DNA of 64,000 nt from Flavobacterium sp. BFFFF2 (GCA_002256385.1 NKJD01000013.1:5021-69020), one strand, 5' to 3'. Numbered from the stretch's first letter, positions 1 through 9,829 are shown. Notes: generated by a model not told the origin, from the sequence alone. Numbers and translations are program-made.

Positions 1-2
1 CT

Positions 3-1655
3 CTAAGTAACAAGCAATCTATATTTGAAGGGCTAAAAACCCAATGGAATCGGGTAGAAGGTGGTGAAGCCATTGCAGCAACCATCCAACATATTATTGC
101 GCAATATGACTTTAAAAATCCGGCGGCTAGTGTGCCAGAATTGATTTTGGCACACCAGAAAATAACCCAATTAAAAGATGCATTTTGGCGCAACATTAAA
201 TTGAAAGAAGTAGAAGAATTGATGTTGGCTTGCGCTGGCATGCATATTTCGGCAACGACTTCAACGCCACATTGGGTGCCAGGAAATGCATATCCCATTA
301 AAATTGAAGTGGTCAATAGGGCCGCTGTCGACATCCAATGGACTGCTTGCCAAAGCAATTGGATCCAAAGCGCATTTACCGCTCAAATTTTGTCGTGTAA
401 CCGTGCAGCCACTTGGAACCCAACGTGTACACCACCAGCGCAAACACCATTAACCAATCCGTATTGGTTAAATGAGCCTTTCACCATTGCCCAGTACCAA
501 GTGTCTGACCCGTTAAATATTGGAAAACCCGAAACTTCCCAGCAAGGTCAAGTTGGTTTTACTTTTAAAATTGGTGAGTGCACGTTCAGTATTGTACGCC
601 CGATTTTATACCAATACACCGATGATGTAAAAGGCGAAATTTATCAACCGCTCATTTTAGTGCCCGCGGTACGCATCCATTCCAATGAACGCAATGTGTT
701 GTTTCCTTCTCAAAAAGCGCGCGACATTTCCTTTGTTTTGTTGGCCAACCAAGACAATCAAAAGGGTGAATTTACGTTGAAATTGCCGGCAGGTTGGAAA
801 GCCAAACCCGAATCGATTTCGTTTTCATTGGCGCATGCAGGCGAAGAACAACAAGTACAGTTTTCCATTTACCCGCCCGAAAAACCCGCTGAGGGCATGT
901 TAGAGGCGCAAGTTATCATGGGTTCAACGACCCTTTCTGTGGACCAGCAATTGATTCAATACCCCCATATTCCAACGCAATGCTTAACAAAAGCAGCACA
1001 AATAAGATTGATTTATGCACCCGTTGCGACAAAGCCCTTTCGAGTTGCTTACATTATGGGGGCGGGCGATGAAGTGCCGGCTGCCATGAAACAATTGGGT
1101 TTGCAACCAATACTCATTGAGCCAGACAAATTAACCATGCAGCAACTTGCATCAATCGATGTGGTGGTGACGGGTATTCGTGCGTACAATGTCGTATTGG
1201 CCCTGAAAGCAAAACAGCCGTTGTTGCTTGAGTGGGTAAAAAATGGTGGGCATTTGATCGTTCAATACAACACGTTAGATGATTTTGTGACGCCAACCAT
1301 TGCTCCGTTTTCACTTAAAATAGCGCGCGATCGGGTCACAGAAGAAAAATCGGAAGTGGTTATTTTAAATCCGGAACACCCCATATTAAATACACCAAAT
1401 CGCATTACTTCCGTTGATTTCAAAGACTGGAAACAAGAATTTGGCTTGTATTTTCCCAGCGAATGGGACCCTGCTTTTACCCCATTGCTTTCCATGAATG
1501 ACCAGGGAGAGTCGGCCAAAAAAGGCAGCCTTTTGGTGGCTGATTACGGAAAAGGGACGTACATATACACAGGGCTTAGTTTCTTTCGGGAATTGCCCGA
1601 AGGAGTAGTGGGTGCCTACCGATTATGGGCGAATTTATTGGCATATAAGAAATAA
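3..1655 (+). CDS. PIG-L/LmbE family deacetylase, C-terminal part (5'-truncated by window edge)
   Basis: Frame is open from base 3 (LSNKQSIFEGLKTQWNRVEGG...), upstream of the track's GTG at 132. The C-terminal 'VAYIMGAGDEVP...GIRAYN...WVKNGGHLIVQYNT...YTGLSFFRELPEGVVGAYRL' block is typical of Bacteroidota PIG-L family proteins. Confidence 0.8.
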   Translation, partial: LSNKQSIFEGLKTQWNRVEGGEAIAATIQHIIAQYDFKNPAASVPELILAHQKITQLKDAFWRNIKLKEVEELMLACAGMHISATTSTPHWVPGNAYPIKIEVVNRAAVDIQWTACQSNWIQSAFTAQILSCNRAATWNPTCTPPAQTPLTNPYWLNEPFTIAQYQVSDPLNIGKPETSQQGQVGFTFKIGECTFSIVRPILYQYTDDVKGEIYQPLILVPAVRIHSNERNVLFPSQKARDISFVLLANQDNQKGEFTLKLPAGWKAKPESISFSLAHAGEEQQVQFSIYPPEKPAEGMLEAQVIMGSTTLSVDQQLIQYPHIPTQCLTKAAQIRLIYAPVATKPFRVAYIMGAGDEVPAAMKQLGLQPILIEPDKLTMQQLASIDVVVTGIRAYNVVLALKAKQPLLLEWVKNGGHLIVQYNTLDDFVTPTIAPFSLKIARDRVTEEKSEVVILNPEHPILNTPNRITSVDFKDWKQEFGLYFPSEWDPAFTPLLSMNDQGESAKKGSLLVADYGKGTYIYTGLSFFRELPEGVVGAYRLWANLLAYKK

Positions 1656-1689
1656 ACGCTACTTTTATAGGGAATTAAAACCGTTCCTC

Positions 1690-4125
1690 ATGAAAAAGTT
1701 TGCCCAACTACTCGTATTTCTTTTTGTTTTTGGAGGTTGCCTTGCACAAGAAACAGGGGGATATCAATTGCCAAGCGCGCCAATTCTCGCCTTGGCTGAT
1801 TACCAGCGTCCGCCCTTGGTTCAAATGGATTCAAAGCATGTTTGGTTGGTGTCCATTTACAGAGACACTTACAAATCATTAGAAGACTTAGGTCAAGATC
1901 AACTGCGTTTGGCGGGCCTTCGACTGAACGCTTCATGGCATGCGCCCAGCGGTCTTAGTCATTACAAGTCAATCACTTATAGGAAGTTAAGTGAAACAGT
2001 TGATCACCCAATTAAAGGCATGCCAGAACCCGCGCGCATTGCTTATTTAGATTGGTCGCCCGATGAGCAACATTTGGCATTTATTCAATTGAAAGAAGAA
2101 GGTTCGCAACTCTGGGTCATTGATTTGGCATTGGGCGAAGCACGTCATTTATCCGATTTAATGCCAAATGCTTGCATGGGCAATCCAATTAATTGGTCAG
2201 CCGATAGCCAATCGATTTTATTGCGCACTGTGCCGCAGAACAATTTGCCATTAAAGGTCGGAAAATCTGAACCAATTGCAGGGCCAAGCATCAGCAACAG
2301 CGAAGGGGTTCCTTCGCAAAACAGAACATATCCTGACTTATTAAAAAACGATACAGACAGCTACAACTTAGAGGTATTGCTTAATGCAGAATACTGGTGG
2401 GTTCCTTTAAATGGTAAAGAACAATTGCTGTTGGGAGCACAACTTGCGTTGGGAGAATCCATTTCGCCCGATGGCCATTTTGTAATGGTAACAACAGTTG
2501 AAAAACCGTATTCCTACAGCGTGCCTTTGTCAAGATTTCCGCAGCGCAGCATCGTCTATACAGCGCAGGGAAAAGCAGTAAAACAAGTGAATCATTTGCC
2601 GTTAAATGAATCAATTCCCAAAGGTTTTTCGGCTACACGCAAAGGAAAAAGAACCATGGGCTGGCGTCCCGATTTGCCTCATAGTTTATGGTACGTAACA
2701 GCTTTAGACGAAGGAGATCCGGCCAAACAAGTGACATTTCGCGATCAATTGTGCACTTGGAAAGCCCCATTTGAAGATGAGCCGGAAACATTAATGAAAA
2801 TTCACCAACGCTTTGCAGGCGTAAGCTGGGGCGATGCCACTCATGCCGTGGTGCTTGATGAATGGTATGATACCCGTAATTCCAAAACGTATTTATTCAA
2901 TCCGTCCAATCCGACCATCGATCCGGTGGTTGTTTTTGACCGAAACACGCAAGATTCGTACAATGATCCGGGCAGTTTTGAAACTGAGCGAAACCAATTT
3001 AACCGCCAAACATTGGCCATCGAAAATGACCACCTTTTTTTATTGGGAGACGGATTTACCGAAAAGGGGCAATTTCCATTTGTAAGTACTTTTCATTGGA
3101 ATTCACACAAAATCAACAGGTTGTATACGTCCAATAGACCTGGTAAAAAAGAAGACATCCGGTCAATTATTGATTTTAAAAAACGTACCGCCTTGGTGTC
3201 GGTGGAGTCACCAACCGAATACCCCAATTATTATTTCTGTTCATTAAGCAATGGCAAATTGCAAGCCATTACGCATTTTAAAAATCCATTTTCGGCCCTT
3301 GCAAATGTGCACAAAGAAGTCATTCATTACCAGCGCAAAGACGGCCTCGATTTAACGGGCACCCTTTATTTGCCAGCCGATTACGATTTAAAAAACACAA
3401 CGACCAAACTGCCATTGCTCATTTGGGCTTATCCGCAAGAATTCAAAGACCGAAAAAGCGCCAGCCAAAATACCAAAAACCCTTATGAGTTTACCTATCC
3501 CACTTATGGGTCCTTTATTTATTGGGTTACCAAAGGATATGCTGTATTAGATGATGCCTCCTTTCCGATCATCGGTGAAGGCAAAACCGAACCCAACGAC
3601 AGTTTTTTACCTCAATTGATTAGCAATGCCGAAGCGGCGATAGCAGCTGTCGATCAACGAGGTTATATTGATCCTAAACGTGTCGCTATTGGAGGCCATT
3701 CTTACGGGGCTTTCATGACTGCTAATTTATTAACCCATACCAAGCTTTTTGCTTGTGGCATTGCCCGAAGCGGCGCCTATAACCGAACGCTAACCCCTTT
3801 TGGGTTTCAGGGTGAACAACGCAATTATTGGGATGCTCCCAAGCTCTACAATGACATGTCTCCCTTTATGCACGCCGATTTAATGAAAACCCCTATGCTG
3901 CTTATTCACGGAATAGCTGACAACAACCCGGGCACCTTTACGTTGCAAACAGAGCGGTATTTTCAGGCGTTAAAGAATTTAGGGGCACCCGTGCGCATGG
4001 TTTTGTTGCCCAAAGAAAGCCATGGGTATTTGGCGAAAGAAAATATCTTTCATGTGTTGTGGGAACAAGAGCAATTTTTAGATAAATATCTTAAGCCCCT
4101 GGCAGTTGAAAAAAGTCCTAATTAA
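1690..4125 (+). CDS. S9 family (prolyl oligopeptidase-like) serine peptidase, secreted
   Basis: Start reassigned to ATG 1690 (MKKFAQLL... signal peptide ending CLA-Q). Nucleophile motif GGHSYG, plus 'LLIHGIADNNPGT' and 'ESHGY' catalytic Asp/His regions. Confidence 0.88.
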   Translation: MKKFAQLLVFLFVFGGCLAQETGGYQLPSAPILALADYQRPPLVQMDSKHVWLVSIYRDTYKSLEDLGQDQLRLAGLRLNASWHAPSGLSHYKSITYRKLSETVDHPIKGMPEPARIAYLDWSPDEQHLAFIQLKEEGSQLWVIDLALGEARHLSDLMPNACMGNPINWSADSQSILLRTVPQNNLPLKVGKSEPIAGPSISNSEGVPSQNRTYPDLLKNDTDSYNLEVLLNAEYWWVPLNGKEQLLLGAQLALGESISPDGHFVMVTTVEKPYSYSVPLSRFPQRSIVYTAQGKAVKQVNHLPLNESIPKGFSATRKGKRTMGWRPDLPHSLWYVTALDEGDPAKQVTFRDQLCTWKAPFEDEPETLMKIHQRFAGVSWGDATHAVVLDEWYDTRNSKTYLFNPSNPTIDPVVVFDRNTQDSYNDPGSFETERNQFNRQTLAIENDHLFLLGDGFTEKGQFPFVSTFHWNSHKINRLYTSNRPGKKEDIRSIIDFKKRTALVSVESPTEYPNYYFCSLSNGKLQAITHFKNPFSALANVHKEVIHYQRKDGLDLTGTLYLPADYDLKNTTTKLPLLIWAYPQEFKDRKSASQNTKNPYEFTYPTYGSFIYWVTKGYAVLDDASFPIIGEGKTEPNDSFLPQLISNAEAAIAAVDQRGYIDPKRVAIGGHSYGAFMTANLLTHTKLFACGIARSGAYNRTLTPFGFQGEQRNYWDAPKLYNDMSPFMHADLMKTPMLLIHGIADNNPGTFTLQTERYFQALKNLGAPVRMVLLPKESHGYLAKENIFHVLWEQEQFLDKYLKPLAVEKSPN

Positions 4126-4594
4126 TTGAAATAGAATGTGTATTGGGAGGAGCCACACCCAAATCGCGCACATTTCTGTGTTGAGCAATCACTTGTTGTG
4201 CAATGATTCTAAATTGCCTGTAGTCCTGATAAATGTGCGCGGGAATTTTCCAGCGGCATTTCACCTCATTACACTGAAGAACCAAGATTCTTTTTGGAGG
4301 AATTAAAAAGCGAATAAAAGGAATCACAAAGCCAAAAATAAGCAGCCAGGTGTCAATTAAAAACGGTGCTAGCGTGATATTTGCAGTGAACCAGATTTTG
4401 GCACTAATGGCCGCAATAATCCAACAAGTCCCTGTGGTTTTCAAGAGGGGTTTCCACCGTGTTTGGATGTACAATGCATCAATCTGTTCATAAGACCAAC
4501 TGCGGTTGCCAAAACAGTTGATTTTTAATGAATCCGATCCTATTGAACCAATAGAATCGCTAAAAAGGGACCGATTGTGTGTCATAGTTTTCAT
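4118..4594 (-). CDS. hypothetical membrane protein (two predicted TM segments)
   Basis: 158-aa ORF filling the gap between two real genes, with two hydrophobic stretches. No recognisable family. Confidence 0.55.
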   Translation of the reverse strand: MKTMTHNRSLFSDSIGSIGSDSLKINCFGNRSWSYEQIDALYIQTRWKPLLKTTGTCWIIAAISAKIWFTANITLAPFLIDTWLLIFGFVIPFIRFLIPPKRILVLQCNEVKCRWKIPAHIYQDYRQFRIIAQQVIAQHRNVRDLGVAPPNTHSISIN

Positions 4595-4804
4595 TGTATA
4601 TTGTGTTTTGGTTTCTTGAAAATAGTCATTGATCTTACTAAACTTTATAGCATAAAATCAAGTCAATTCGGTAGCTTTGTACCTGATAGATCATTGCCGA
4701 ATCAAAGTTAAGCAAATTTTAATTTAAAAATATTTTTAAATCAACTTTTTTAGCTCAAAAGCAAAATAATAATTACTTAGTAAGTAATATCTTAAAATTA
4801 CATT

Positions 4805-5425
4805 ATGGCTGAATTGATCAAAATATACGAAAAGAACCCCAGTGAGGCCGCTTTGCTCAAAGTGGTAAAGTGCTTAAAAGATGGGGGACTTATTATTTAT
4901 CCAACTGACACGGTGTATGGGTTGGGTTGCGACATTACCAATTCCAAGGCCTTGGAACGCATTGCCCGACTTAAAGGCGTTAAACTTGAAAAAGCCAATT
5001 TCTCATTCATTTGCAGTGACTTAAGCAATTTGTCCGATTACGTGAAACAAATTGATACCGCTACTTTTAAAATTTTACGCAGGGCTTTGCCAGGTCCGTA
5101 TACTTTTATTTTACCAGGAAATAATGATTTGCCAAAAGATTTTCGAAAAAAGAAAACAGTCGGGATTCGCGTGCCCAACAACCCAATTGTCATTGAATTG
5201 GTAAAATTGTTAGGAAATCCCATCGTGTCAACCTCCATTCACGATGAAGATGAATTACTCGAATATTCGACTGATCCAGAGCTCATTTTTGAAAAATGGC
5301 AACAAATAGTCGACATGGTTGTTGATGGTGGATATGGCGACAACACGCCTTCCACCGTGATCGATTTGTCGGGACAAGAGCCTGTGGTCATTCGTGAGGG
5401 AAAAGGGTCGTTAGATATTCTCTAG
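4805..5425 (+). CDS. Sua5/YrdC/YciO family protein (L-threonylcarbamoyladenylate synthase family)
   Basis: 'GGLIIYPTDTVYGLGC', 'LPGPYTFIL', 'VGIRVP', 'PIVSTS', 'PSTVIDL' motifs. Confidence 0.92.
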   Translation: MAELIKIYEKNPSEAALLKVVKCLKDGGLIIYPTDTVYGLGCDITNSKALERIARLKGVKLEKANFSFICSDLSNLSDYVKQIDTATFKILRRALPGPYTFILPGNNDLPKDFRKKKTVGIRVPNNPIVIELVKLLGNPIVSTSIHDEDELLEYSTDPELIFEKWQQIVDMVVDGGYGDNTPSTVIDLSGQEPVVIREGKGSLDIL

Positions 5426-5426
5426 C

Positions 5427-6488
5427 CTAATTGATTTTAATTTCAAAAGTACTGTCCCAGTTTTTACCTGTCACAAAAAAGGTATTGGTTTCTTTGCGGT
5501 AAGCAATGCCGTTAAGAACTTCTGCTTCGCTGTTTTTTACCTGCGCCCTTAAAGTACTCAAATCAAGCACACCTTCCACGTAACCTGTTTTTGGATTAAT
5601 TAGTGCAATGGCGTCTTTTTGCCAAATGTTTCCATAAATTTTACCATCAACCCACTCCAATTCATTGATGCTCTTAATTTTTTGCTTGCCAGCATACACA
5701 TGTACCGATTGGGTTAGTTTTTGGGTTTCCGGATCCATGGTCCAAATTTTTTCGGTGCCATCTGAATGATACAATTGCTTGCCATCATTGGTCATGCCCC
5801 AGCCTTCAACTGCTTTGTCAAATGAAAAGGATTTAAGGCGTTTTCCTGTTTTGGCATCATAAATAAAGCCCATATTGTCTTGCCAAGTTAATTGATAAAT
5901 TTTATCATTAATCAAGGTAATGCCTTCACCAAAATAATTAGCCTCTAAAGGGATTTTGGTTTCGCTAGCCCCCGTATTTACATTTACTTTCGCAATATAG
6001 GAACTGCCTTTTTGGCCGGTACTTTCCCATAATTCTCCATTGTAAAATTCATAACCTTCCGTAAAAGCTTTGGGGTCATGTGGATATTTTTTTACTAAGG
6101 TAAAATGCAAAATTTCGGGTTCAATCGGCGATCCAATTTCCAACCGAACCGACTTTGATATGGTGTCATTTTCCATGTAAAACAAGGCCTTTAAAAAATG
6201 ATAGCCTGTAGTGGCTTTGGCCAAAGGAAAGGTCATTTTGCTGATTTGTTTACTGCGGCCCAAAACCTGTCCATCTAAACTGTAAACAACCGAGTCAATA
6301 GCCGTATTTGACGGATTGCCCGCTTCAAAAACGAGTGGGTCATTTGGGGTGTAAACCGACTCAAATTGTTGGTCATCGAGCGTAAATAGACCTTCCAGTT
6401 GCTCCCTCGATGGGTGACAACTGCATACGGAAAGGACAATAAACAGGGTACATATTTGACTAATAGGTTGACTAACAAGCTTCTTCAT
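5427..6488 (-). CDS. glutaminyl-peptide cyclotransferase (glutaminyl cyclase), lipoprotein
   Basis: Lipobox-like LSVCSC. 'YPHDPKAFTEGYEF...ESTGQKG', 'FGEGIT', 'LTWQ', 'EGWGMT', 'NELEWVDGKIYGNIWQ', 'VLNGIAY', 'VTGKNW' are beta-propeller QC motifs. Confidence 0.9.
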   Translation of the reverse strand: MKKLVSQPISQICTLFIVLSVCSCHPSREQLEGLFTLDDQQFESVYTPNDPLVFEAGNPSNTAIDSVVYSLDGQVLGRSKQISKMTFPLAKATTGYHFLKALFYMENDTISKSVRLEIGSPIEPEILHFTLVKKYPHDPKAFTEGYEFYNGELWESTGQKGSSYIAKVNVNTGASETKIPLEANYFGEGITLINDKIYQLTWQDNMGFIYDAKTGKRLKSFSFDKAVEGWGMTNDGKQLYHSDGTEKIWTMDPETQKLTQSVHVYAGKQKIKSINELEWVDGKIYGNIWQKDAIALINPKTGYVEGVLDLSTLRAQVKNSEAEVLNGIAYRKETNTFFVTGKNWDSTFEIKIN

Positions 6489-6525
6489 GAAAATATAATA
6501 ATGTGATCGTTGATTGCGATGTGGG

Positions 6526-6556
6526 TTTGTAAAAATAGCAATTTAATGTATATTTG
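6526..6556 (+). promoter_or_regulatory. Bacteroidota sigma70 promoter of SRP RNA (-33 TTTG, -7 TATATTTG)
   Basis: TTTG at 6526-6529, 19-nt spacer, TATATTTG at 6549-6556, 4 nt before the RNA 5' end. Confidence 0.75.
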
Positions 6557-6560
6557 CAAC

Positions 6561-6654
6561 GGCAAGTCCTACACGACCAGCTCCTGCAAAATCCTCCAGG
6601 ATGGGAACATAGCAAAGGTATGTGGTTGTAGCGGTGCGATGTAGGTCGCTTGCC
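6561..6654 (+). ncRNA. ffs: signal recognition particle RNA (small bacterial SRP, 4.5S)
   Basis: Terminal helix GGCAAG/CTTGCC and CCTACA/TGTAGG. Conserved domain IV motif CCAGG-ATG-GGAA-CAT-AGCA with a GGAA tetraloop. Has its own promoter and terminator. Confidence 0.9.
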
Positions 6655-6669
6655 ATTTTTTACAGCATC

Positions 6670-6697
6670 AAAAGCCGGCTATACAGTCGGCTTTTTT
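6670..6697. terminator. bidirectional intrinsic terminator (ffs / NAD kinase)
   Basis: AAAAGCCGGCT-ATAC-AGTCGGCTTTT hairpin with A/T tails between convergent genes. Confidence 0.8.
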
Positions 6698-7598
6698 AAT
6701 TCCGCTTATCTTCCCCCCACATCATTTTGGTGCGCAAGGTGTTCAAAAAAGTTTCATCGGCAAACTCAATCAGGTTCACGGCAAAAGGGGCCAAGGCAAT
6801 TTCCAATTCGGTTTCGTTTGGTATGGCAAAAACCCGCGAATCCAATGAAATCAGAAAATGACTTTCACGGCCACTTACTTTGAGTCGAATCTTGGTTTGG
6901 TTCGGAATGACCAACGGCCTTGCATTCAAATTGTGCGGCGCAATCGGGGTCAGCACCAAGCTTTCTACTTCGGGCAGCAAAATGGGGCCGCCACAGCTCA
7001 ATGAATAGCCTGTGGAACCGGTCGGTGTCGAAATAATGAGTCCATCGGCCCAGTAGGAGGTCAGGTGTTCTTCGTTTAAAGCCGTGTCAATGGTAATCAT
7101 GGACGTGGAATCTTTCCGGCTCACCGTAATTTCGTTTAAGGCAAACGGAAATGTAATGAGTTCAGAACTTGGCAATGCCATTTTTAATGAAATCAATTGC
7201 CTTTGCGACAAAGTAAATGTCTGGTTTAAGATGCGTGCTAAAAAATCGGAGATCCGTTCTTTTTGCACTTTGGCCAAGAACCCCAATCGACCCGCATTGA
7301 TGCCAACGATGGGAATGCCCGAATCGCGGACAAAGGTAACGGCCTTTAAAATGGTGCCATCGCCGCCAATACTCATAAAAATATCGAAACGGTTGGTCAA
7401 ATCGTCATGTTCAGTAAAGGTCGGAAACGACACTTCGAGCAATTCTTGGCGAAGCAATTCTTCTTGAAAGTGTTGTTCAATGGTAATTTGGGCCAAATTG
7501 GCAGCCAATCCGTCAATGATTTCCCGAATAATGGGCTTGGTGTCATTGGCGTAATATTGCCCAAACAATGCAATGCGCAAGGGAAGCTGCTGAATCAT
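6696..7598 (-). CDS. nadK: NAD kinase
   Basis: 'SIGGDGTIL', 'GINAGRLGFL', 'ALNE', 'ADGLIISTPTGSTGYSLSCGGP', 'PIAPHNL' motifs. Confidence 0.96.
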   Translation of the reverse strand: MIQQLPLRIALFGQYYANDTKPIIREIIDGLAANLAQITIEQHFQEELLRQELLEVSFPTFTEHDDLTNRFDIFMSIGGDGTILKAVTFVRDSGIPIVGINAGRLGFLAKVQKERISDFLARILNQTFTLSQRQLISLKMALPSSELITFPFALNEITVSRKDSTSMITIDTALNEEHLTSYWADGLIISTPTGSTGYSLSCGGPILLPEVESLVLTPIAPHNLNARPLVIPNQTKIRLKVSGRESHFLISLDSRVFAIPNETELEIALAPFAVNLIEFADETFLNTLRTKMMWGEDKRN

Positions 7599-8263
7599 AT
7601 ATCCAAAAATTTGGCCAAATAGGCCGAGCGTTCTTTCAAGTTTTCCAAATACGAATCTTCGTGGTGTTCCGATACCACTTCATAATTGTAGCGGCGAAAG
7701 GCTTGCAAAATATCATTCATGGGGCCCAAGGTCAATTTCAAGGTCACTTGGATGTTTTCAGTGCCAATATGGCTCACGAAAGCCCCCAAAATGCGCCCAT
7801 TGTTGCTTTCAATAATTTGTGTAATTTGACCCATCGAATAATCTTTAATCGATTTTTCAACCACAATAATGCCCCCTGTTTCTTTTAAAAAGGGCGTTTC
7901 AGCCAACAACTGAACCACTTCTTCCAACAAATAGCAACCCACAAATTGTTGGTCGTCTTGCAACACGGGCACCACATTGGCTTCGTTTTTGGCCAGTTCT
8001 TCCAATACATCGAGCCAATTGAAATGGTCGCGCACAAAAAAACCATGCAACAAATAGCGGTGGTTGTTGATGGGCTCATTTTCATTTAAAGTTTCAGCAT
8101 CTTCACGGGCAATATTTCCCAAAAAAACACCCTCATCCACTATGGGTAAATGGCTATAAGGAAAGTCATTAAACCATTCAAGTGCTTCTGCCACAGTGTG
8201 GTGCAAGCTTAATGGTTCAATGTCAGCATGGAGCAATTCGTGTAGCTGCCGCATAAGGTTCAT
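7595..8263 (-). CDS. CBS domain-containing protein
   Basis: Tandem CBS-like repeats (YSHLPIVDEGVFLG; NVVPVLQDDQQFVG). The track ORF is over-extended into pdxJ; start reassigned to ATG 8263 (or 8254). Confidence 0.82.
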   Translation of the reverse strand: MNLMRQLHELLHADIEPLSLHHTVAEALEWFNDFPYSHLPIVDEGVFLGNIAREDAETLNENEPINNHRYLLHGFFVRDHFNWLDVLEELAKNEANVVPVLQDDQQFVGCYLLEEVVQLLAETPFLKETGGIIVVEKSIKDYSMGQITQIIESNNGRILGAFVSHIGTENIQVTLKLTLGPMNDILQAFRRYNYEVVSEHHEDSYLENLKERSAYLAKFLDI

Positions 8264-8315
8264 GTTCAACTTGCAAAATAATTGTTTTTTCTCCAGCCAA
8301 GCACCCGAAGCTTTG

Positions 8316-8323
8316 TATTTTTG
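8316..8323 (+). promoter_or_regulatory. -7 promoter element for pdxJ operon
   Basis: TATTTTTG matches TAnnTTTG, 22 nt upstream of the ATG. Confidence 0.6.
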
Positions 8324-8345
8324 TGAACAAATTAAGACTTCATTC

Positions 8346-9059
8346 ATGACAAAATTAAGTGTCAACATCAACAAAATTGCCACCTTGCGCAATGCCCGAG
8401 GCGGAAACGTACCCGATTTGTGCAAAGTAGCGCAAGATATCGAATGTTTTGGTGGCCAAGGCATCACGGTGCATCCACGCCCAGATGAACGCCACATTCG
8501 CTATCAAGATGTGTTTGATTTGCAACCATTAATCACCACCGAATTTAACATTGAAGGAAACCCAACGCCGTCCTTTATTGAATTGGTCTTAAAGGTAAAA
8601 CCTACTCAAGTTACTTTAGTGCCCGATGCCGACGATGCCATTACGTCAAATGCAGGTTGGGATACCTTAAAATATAAATCGTTTTTAACCGAAATCATCC
8701 AAGAATTTCAACGAAGCCACATCAGAACCTCCATTTTTGTAGATCCGATCGTGGCACAAATTGAAGGCGCCAAAGCCACCCAAACCGACCGCGTTGAGTT
8801 GTATACCGAAAGTTTTGCACACCAATATGGACTGGGCAATAAGCTTGGGGTGCAGCCTTATGTGGAGGCTGCTATGAAAGCCCAAGAGCTGGGTTTGGGG
8901 CTCAATGCAGGCCATGATTTAAGCCTTGATAACATTGCTTTTTTCAAACAATCGGTTCCCGGTTTGTTGGAGGTGTCCATTGGGCACGCCCTCATTGCCG
9001 AATCGCTTTATTTGGGTCTGGAAAATGTGGTACAAATGTATTTAAGTCGGTTGGCCTAA
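8346..9059 (+). CDS. pdxJ: pyridoxine 5'-phosphate synthase
   Basis: MTKLSVNINKIATLRNARG; GITVHPRPDERHIR; LNAGHDL; EVSIGHALI. Start reassigned to ATG 8346. Confidence 0.96.
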   Translation: MTKLSVNINKIATLRNARGGNVPDLCKVAQDIECFGGQGITVHPRPDERHIRYQDVFDLQPLITTEFNIEGNPTPSFIELVLKVKPTQVTLVPDADDAITSNAGWDTLKYKSFLTEIIQEFQRSHIRTSIFVDPIVAQIEGAKATQTDRVELYTESFAHQYGLGNKLGVQPYVEAAMKAQELGLGLNAGHDLSLDNIAFFKQSVPGLLEVSIGHALIAESLYLGLENVVQMYLSRLA

Positions 9060-9829
9060 TGGAACAGTTGTATGCTAGGGTAGAAGGGGAGGGGCAGCCG
9101 CTCCTTATTATTCATGGTTTTTTGGGTATGTCCGACAATTGGAAAACCCTGTCAGGTCGCTATGCAACTTTGGGTTTTCAGGTGCATGTGCCCGATATGC
9201 GCAACCATGGGCGAAGTTTTCACAGCGATCAATTTTCTTATGAACTGATGGTGCAAGATGTGCTTCAATATATGGACGCGCATCAATTGTCAAAAGTGGC
9301 TGTCATAGGGCATTCGATGGGCGGAAAAGTGGCCATGTTGTTGGCTACGCAATATCCCGATCGGGTGTCAAAATTAATTGTAGCCGATATTGGTCCCAAA
9401 TATTATGCGCCGCACCATCAAGCGATTTTGGCGGCCCTGTCTGCAGTCGATTTTAGCAGAGACCAAGAACGAGCCGACGTTGAAAAAGTGTTGCGCACGT
9501 CCATTCATGACGAGGGAACCTTGCAGTTTTTATTGAAAAATGTCTACCGCGTTTCCCCCAGTCAGTTGGGATACCGATTCCATTTGCATGCGCTTGTAAA
9601 TAATATAGAAGAAATTGGGCAGGCATTGCCCGATGATGCCAAGTATACGGGCCCCGTTTTATTTGTGCGTGGCGGCAAATCAAACTATGTGCTGGATGCT
9701 GATTGTGTTGGCATTCAACATCATTTTCCACAAGTTATTTTTAAAACCATTGACCAAGCAGGGCATTGGATTCATGCCGAACAACCACAATCATTTTTTG
9801 AGTGCACCGCGCGGTTTTTACAGCAATAA
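9059..9829 (+). CDS. alpha/beta fold hydrolase (YbfF-like esterase)
   Basis: HGFLGMSDNW, DMRNHG, GHSMGG nucleophile, AGHWIH. TAATG overlap with pdxJ. Confidence 0.9.
   Translation: MEQLYARVEGEGQPLLIIHGFLGMSDNWKTLSGRYATLGFQVHVPDMRNHGRSFHSDQFSYELMVQDVLQYMDAHQLSKVAVIGHSMGGKVAMLLATQYPDRVSKLIVADIGPKYYAPHHQAILAALSAVDFSRDQERADVEKVLRTSIHDEGTLQFLLKNVYRVSPSQLGYRFHLHALVNNIEEIGQALPDDAKYTGPVLFVRGGKSNYVLDADCVGIQHHFPQVIFKTIDQAGHWIHAEQPQSFFECTARFLQQ

Noticed and set aside
7595-9059. Apparent 300-bp overlap between the CBS and pdxJ ORFs
   Set aside because: An artefact of over-extended starts. With starts at 8263 and 8346 the genes are simply divergent.
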